A stretch of DNA of 64,000 nt from Candidatus Bathyarchaeota archaeon. GTDB lineage: Archaea; Thermoproteota; Bathyarchaeia; Bathyarchaeales; Bathycorpusculaceae. The position numbers were made by a program, and so were the translations under genes. Location of the stretch: positions 96,001 to 160,000 of the forward strand of contig CAVRFW010000005.1 of the NCBI GenBank assembly GCA_963720565.1. The letters run 5' to 3'. The notes beneath the pieces are model-generated. The model was given only the letters and a program-made list of their open reading frames with translations. It searched no databases and was not told the origin of the DNA. Position 1 is the first letter of the stretch; each line of letters starts with the position of its first letter. This document shows positions 60,479-64,000 of this stretch, piece by piece.

Positions 60479-61090
60479 TTACTTCTTAATATAACTAAAT
60501 ACAGCTTCTGCTTGTTCATTTGATATTTTCCGAGACTTTGCTAAAGCGTTCACTAAATCAGAAATCTGTGCCAAGGCATGAACTTTGTAGCCTAACTTCT
60601 CCAGGTTTTCCTTGCCTCCCTGTTCCCTGTCAATTACTACCATCAAATGCTCAATTTTTGCGCCAAGTTGTTCTAGCGGTTTTATTCCCTCAAGCTTTGA
60701 CAAGCCTTCGCTGATGACATCGTCGAAAAAGAGTATGTTTTCACCTTTCACGACCTCTCCGCCTGCAATTCTGCCTGTCACACCGTAGCCTTTCTGTTCT
60801 TTCCTGACCACAAGACAAGGTAAAGGTACTCTGCAGGCAATGCTGGGTAGTAATAGTGCACCTTTAAGTTCAATTGAAGCCAGCTTGTCTATTCTCTTGG
60901 AACCGAAAGTTTCCTTGATGACTTCGGCCGCAATTTCCGTGACGATGCAAAGCTCTTTTGGCACAGATAACAAACGTGCAAGGTCAATGTAGTATGGACT
61001 AAGCGCGCCAGATTTAATTCTGTATTCGCCAAACTTCACGCAACCTGATAAAAAAAGGGCTTCAGCCAACCTGTCGGTGATGCTAGACAT
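60479..61090 (-). CDS. pyrE: Orotate phosphoribosyltransferase
   Basis: KFGEYRIKSGALSPYYID, VRKEQKGYG, PRPP loop FDDVISEGLS. Confidence 0.92.
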   Translation of the reverse strand: MSSITDRLAEALFLSGCVKFGEYRIKSGALSPYYIDLARLLSVPKELCIVTEIAAEVIKETFGSKRIDKLASIELKGALLLPSIACRVPLPCLVVRKEQKGYGVTGRIAGGEVVKGENILFFDDVISEGLSKLEGIKPLEQLGAKIEHLMVVIDREQGGKENLEKLGYKVHALAQISDLVNALAKSRKISNEQAEAVFSYIKK

Positions 61091-61265
61091 TCTGGGTATC
61101 CCTGAATTGAATTTAGTCTATAGCATTTAACCTTTTGTCAGAATAGGCGTACATCAAACGTTCTATGATCAAGTTGGCTTTTCTGCATTAGGAGTTGCAT
61201 GCAATTGAGTACCATGGTAGAATGTGCGCGCTCGTGAATAAACCGGTTTTGCGATTGAAGGTTCC

Positions 61266-61754
61266 CTATTGCTTGTCGTATTCTTCAACTTCATTGTTCA
61301 TTATGACAAGTTCAACGCCTGCCTGCCTGAACATTTCCTTAGTGTCTCCATCAGCGTGGTAGCGTTTCTCGCAAACCACCCGCTTTATTCCCGCGTTAAT
61401 TATAATCATCGCACAGGTTCTGCATGGCGTCATCCTGCAGAAAAGTGTCGTTCCTTCTAAAGGAATCCCAAATCTAGCCGCCTGTATAATCGCATTCTGT
61501 TCAGCGTGTAGCGTGCGTACGCAATGCTGAGTAATGTTTCCATTGAAATCAATCATTTTGCGCATGTCGTGTCCCGCATCGTCACAATGAGGCAAACCCG
61601 CAGGTGCGCCAACATACCCCGTAGTCATGATTCGTTTGTCTTTAACAATTACACAGCCGCTTCTTCCACGGTCGCATGTGGCTCGCCTAGCAACAGCATC
61701 GCAGAGGTCTAAGAAGTACCTGTCCCAATTAGGTCTTAGTTTGGTAGCCAACAA
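61266..61754 (-). CDS. dCMP deaminase (ComEB-like)
   Basis: RPNWDRYF, RATC, HAEQNA, PCRTC. Confidence 0.92.
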   Translation of the reverse strand: MLATKLRPNWDRYFLDLCDAVARRATCDRGRSGCVIVKDKRIMTTGYVGAPAGLPHCDDAGHDMRKMIDFNGNITQHCVRTLHAEQNAIIQAARFGIPLEGTTLFCRMTPCRTCAMIIINAGIKRVVCEKRYHADGDTKEMFRQAGVELVIMNNEVEEYDKQ

Positions 61755-61828
61755 TCTCCTGTCCTGAACAGCCTATTTTCTTCACAGAACAAATTAATAA
61801 ACATGCACAGCTATCAAGAAAATGGCCT

Positions 61829-63151
61829 TTACTTTTGAAAAACGTGAACTTCTCTTCCGATTTTGTGCCTTTCATCAGTGTCAACGAAAGAGGTAATTCC
61901 AATTAGGTTCTGTGGCAAAGTTACTTTTTCCGTGAAAAATTCTTCTCGGAAAATAGATGCCGTTTTGTACCCTATCTCTGCTGCCTTATTGCCGATTTGC
62001 ATGGTAACTGGTTGCTCTGAACGAGTTTTAATGTAGGGAGATACCGTGACCAATCGCCCATCCTTTCTCAGGACTCTAAATGCTTCCTCTAAGAAGCTAT
62101 AGTGCAGAGGTTTCAGTTTTTCAATCAATCTTAGGGCATATGGTTTAGTCGGGATTTGACGCAGAGCCGGACCTAGGTCGGGTTCCGTCACAATACAATC
62201 TACCTGTTCTCGTCCTATCTTTTCTGTCAACTTCAATACGTCTCCTTGAACAACTCTGTATTTCGCGTCTTCCAAGGAATACTCGTTCTTCAGCCAATTT
62301 AGATTCCGTGTAGCCGCCTCAACACACCAATTGTTAATGTCCATGCCGACTACTTCTGCGCCTGCGAGAAGGGCTTCCTGCAAAATAGTGCCCACGCCAC
62401 AGAACGGGTCTAACAAGACTTGTCCCCGTCTAAGGGCAGCCAGGTTTGTCATAATCCTTGCCAATCGTGGAGAAATGGCAAAAATCTTGCGTTGACTAGG
62501 TTTGCCTACGTCACGCTTTTGGAATTCAAATGGATTATGGACGGCGATTGTAGTGGCAACAAATGTCTGCTCCTTTCCAACGCAGAATAGAACCTCAGCC
62601 TTGTTCTCAACCAGTTTCTTCTTAATGACTTCAACGTGACTGAGTTGAGGATAATCTCTGTCTCTGGCAAAACCCATAAAATTAGCCCGCTTGTCCTGAG
62701 AAGCCAAAGCTTTTTTTACGGTACTGCCTACAAAATGCTGCATCGTGTGGGCGACCGGACGAAAAACCGAATCAATCCAATACACACTAACGCCGAAGAT
62801 TGCTTTTCCATGAATCGAATTCTCAAACATTTGCTCGATTAACCCTGTTTTCGATATCTTATCTTTCAACTGCACTTGAGCTGTTTTTTCCTTCTGCAGG
62901 AATGCCTCTTTGACGGTCTGTGTGGCGAAACTTGTTTTAACTTCACCAATCTTTATGATCCCGCCCAGAGAAGCTACATCTACCGTGCTTGTGCTGTTAA
63001 CACTTACAACAAAAAATGTTTTTGAAAACAAGTTCACTTCAAAACTGCTGCATTTCACTTCGAGAAACGTCATGAGTTCTGCTAGTGACAATTTCCAGTT
63101 CTTTCCTGGGACAAAAAGCAAAGAAACTGAATCCCTGTTTGGCATTCTCAC
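61829..63151 (-). CDS. Trm11/TrmG10-like RNA methyltransferase
   Basis: ISPRLARIMTNL, LLDPFCGVGTIL, GMDI, VTEPDLG. Confidence 0.85.
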   Translation of the reverse strand: MRMPNRDSVSLLFVPGKNWKLSLAELMTFLEVKCSSFEVNLFSKTFFVVSVNSTSTVDVASLGGIIKIGEVKTSFATQTVKEAFLQKEKTAQVQLKDKISKTGLIEQMFENSIHGKAIFGVSVYWIDSVFRPVAHTMQHFVGSTVKKALASQDKRANFMGFARDRDYPQLSHVEVIKKKLVENKAEVLFCVGKEQTFVATTIAVHNPFEFQKRDVGKPSQRKIFAISPRLARIMTNLAALRRGQVLLDPFCGVGTILQEALLAGAEVVGMDINNWCVEAATRNLNWLKNEYSLEDAKYRVVQGDVLKLTEKIGREQVDCIVTEPDLGPALRQIPTKPYALRLIEKLKPLHYSFLEEAFRVLRKDGRLVTVSPYIKTRSEQPVTMQIGNKAAEIGYKTASIFREEFFTEKVTLPQNLIGITSFVDTDERHKIGREVHVFQK

Positions 63152-63310
63152 ACTGCTAAAGCTCCAGTTAGATATATGAGTGGAAGGCGCTTATAACCCG
63201 AAAGTCTAATCGCTTACCGCAGAACGCTGAAAAGTCTAAAAAAATCTGCGAAGAACGCGACAAATCGTTTAAATAGCGCTTAGGCGGTAACCTACAAAAG
63301 GGATGTTCTC

Positions 63311-63844
63311 ATGCATGCAAGAAATTATGGTCCTGTGAAAGGTCAAGCATACACAAGGAAAAAGTATGCTAAGGGATTTCCACCCCCGAAAATAGTGAAG
63401 TTCACAATGGGGGACACTAAAGCAAACTTTGATATCGAAGCAAAACTCGTGGCTACAAAAAGGTGGCAAGTACGGCATATGGCATTGGAAGCGGCGCGAG
63501 TAGCAACAAACCGTGTTCTTATGGATAAACTCATTAATGATTATCTCATGGTGGTTCATCCTTATCCTCATATAATTCTTAGAGAAAACAAGATGATTTT
63601 TGGCGCTCATGCGGACCGACTTCAGCAAGGAATGCGCAGGTCCTTTGGAAAGGGAATCGGCACCGCAGCTCGAATAGAACCTGGCCAGACAATAATAACT
63701 GTGAAAGTGAAGGCCAACGCCGTGGAAACCGCTAAAGAATCATTGAAACGAGGAAGCGCAAAACTTCCGATGCCGTGCAGGATAACCGTCGAAAAAATTG
63801 AATCTCCCGATGTAACCACCAAGACGGAGACGGAGACGGCTTGA
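63311..63844 (+). CDS. rpl10e: 50S ribosomal protein uL16 (L10e)
   Basis: ALEAARV, HPYPHIILRENK, ADRLQQGMRRSFGK. Confidence 0.96.
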   Translation: MHARNYGPVKGQAYTRKKYAKGFPPPKIVKFTMGDTKANFDIEAKLVATKRWQVRHMALEAARVATNRVLMDKLINDYLMVVHPYPHIILRENKMIFGAHADRLQQGMRRSFGKGIGTAARIEPGQTIITVKVKANAVETAKESLKRGSAKLPMPCRITVEKIESPDVTTKTETETA

Positions 63845-64000
63845 GCCAAAAAAAAGATTTGGTTCTATGGTTTGAAACGGTAAGGAACACGGATGTTCCC
63901 ATTGTTGGAGGCAAGAATGCCAGCCTTGGCGAAATGATCAATGCCGGGCTTCCTGTGCCTCCGGGGTTTGCAGTCACGGCGTATTCTTACGAAAAGTTTA
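63841..64000 (+). CDS. ppsA: Phosphoenolpyruvate synthase, N-terminal fragment (runs off the window)
   Basis: TTG-started MSQKKDLVLWFE...VGGKNASLGEM...PVPPGFAVTA. Confidence 0.9.
   Translation, partial: MSQKKDLVLWFETVRNTDVPIVGGKNASLGEMINAGLPVPPGFAVTAYSYEKF

Noticed and set aside
63822..63839. GACGGA x3 microrepeat at the end of rpl10e
   Set aside because: It simply encodes a low-complexity TETET tail.

Overview
Core-chromosome segment of an archaeon, most consistent with Bathyarchaeia (TACK). It carries class I LysRS, both PolD subunits, Elf1, Fae-Hps, GGGP synthase and archaeal ribosomal and translation clusters (uL3-uL4-uL23-uL2-uS19; eS6-aIF2g-PIN-RpoE-Spt4-dCoaK-eS24-eS31; aIF5A-SRP54-Pus10-eL21-RpoF-DUF655-KsgA-HemK), plus tRNA-Glu(TTC) and an intron-containing tRNA-Ser(CGA). 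A probable replication origin (inverted ORB boxes around an AT-rich spacer) lies just upstream of cdc6/orc1. The most interesting signal is beside the origin: three uncharacterised HTH genes, one predicted to be TM anchor + coiled coil + winged helix, interleaved with dense, phased TGTGA/TCACA arrays. This is a candidate origin-tethering or segregation system. Other highlights are a Fae-Hps enzyme with an N-terminal HTH and an 11-bp inverted repeat bracketing its promoter, an Ahb/NirJ-type radical SAM/SPASM protein fused to a V4R-like domain, and a split COG2187/COG0645 kinase pair flanking a PHP phosphoesterase. About ten 1-2 nt frameshifts in housekeeping genes most likely reflect sequencing or assembly errors. 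No CRISPR array, rRNA or mobile element was seen. All assignments come from reading motifs by eye; no searches were run.
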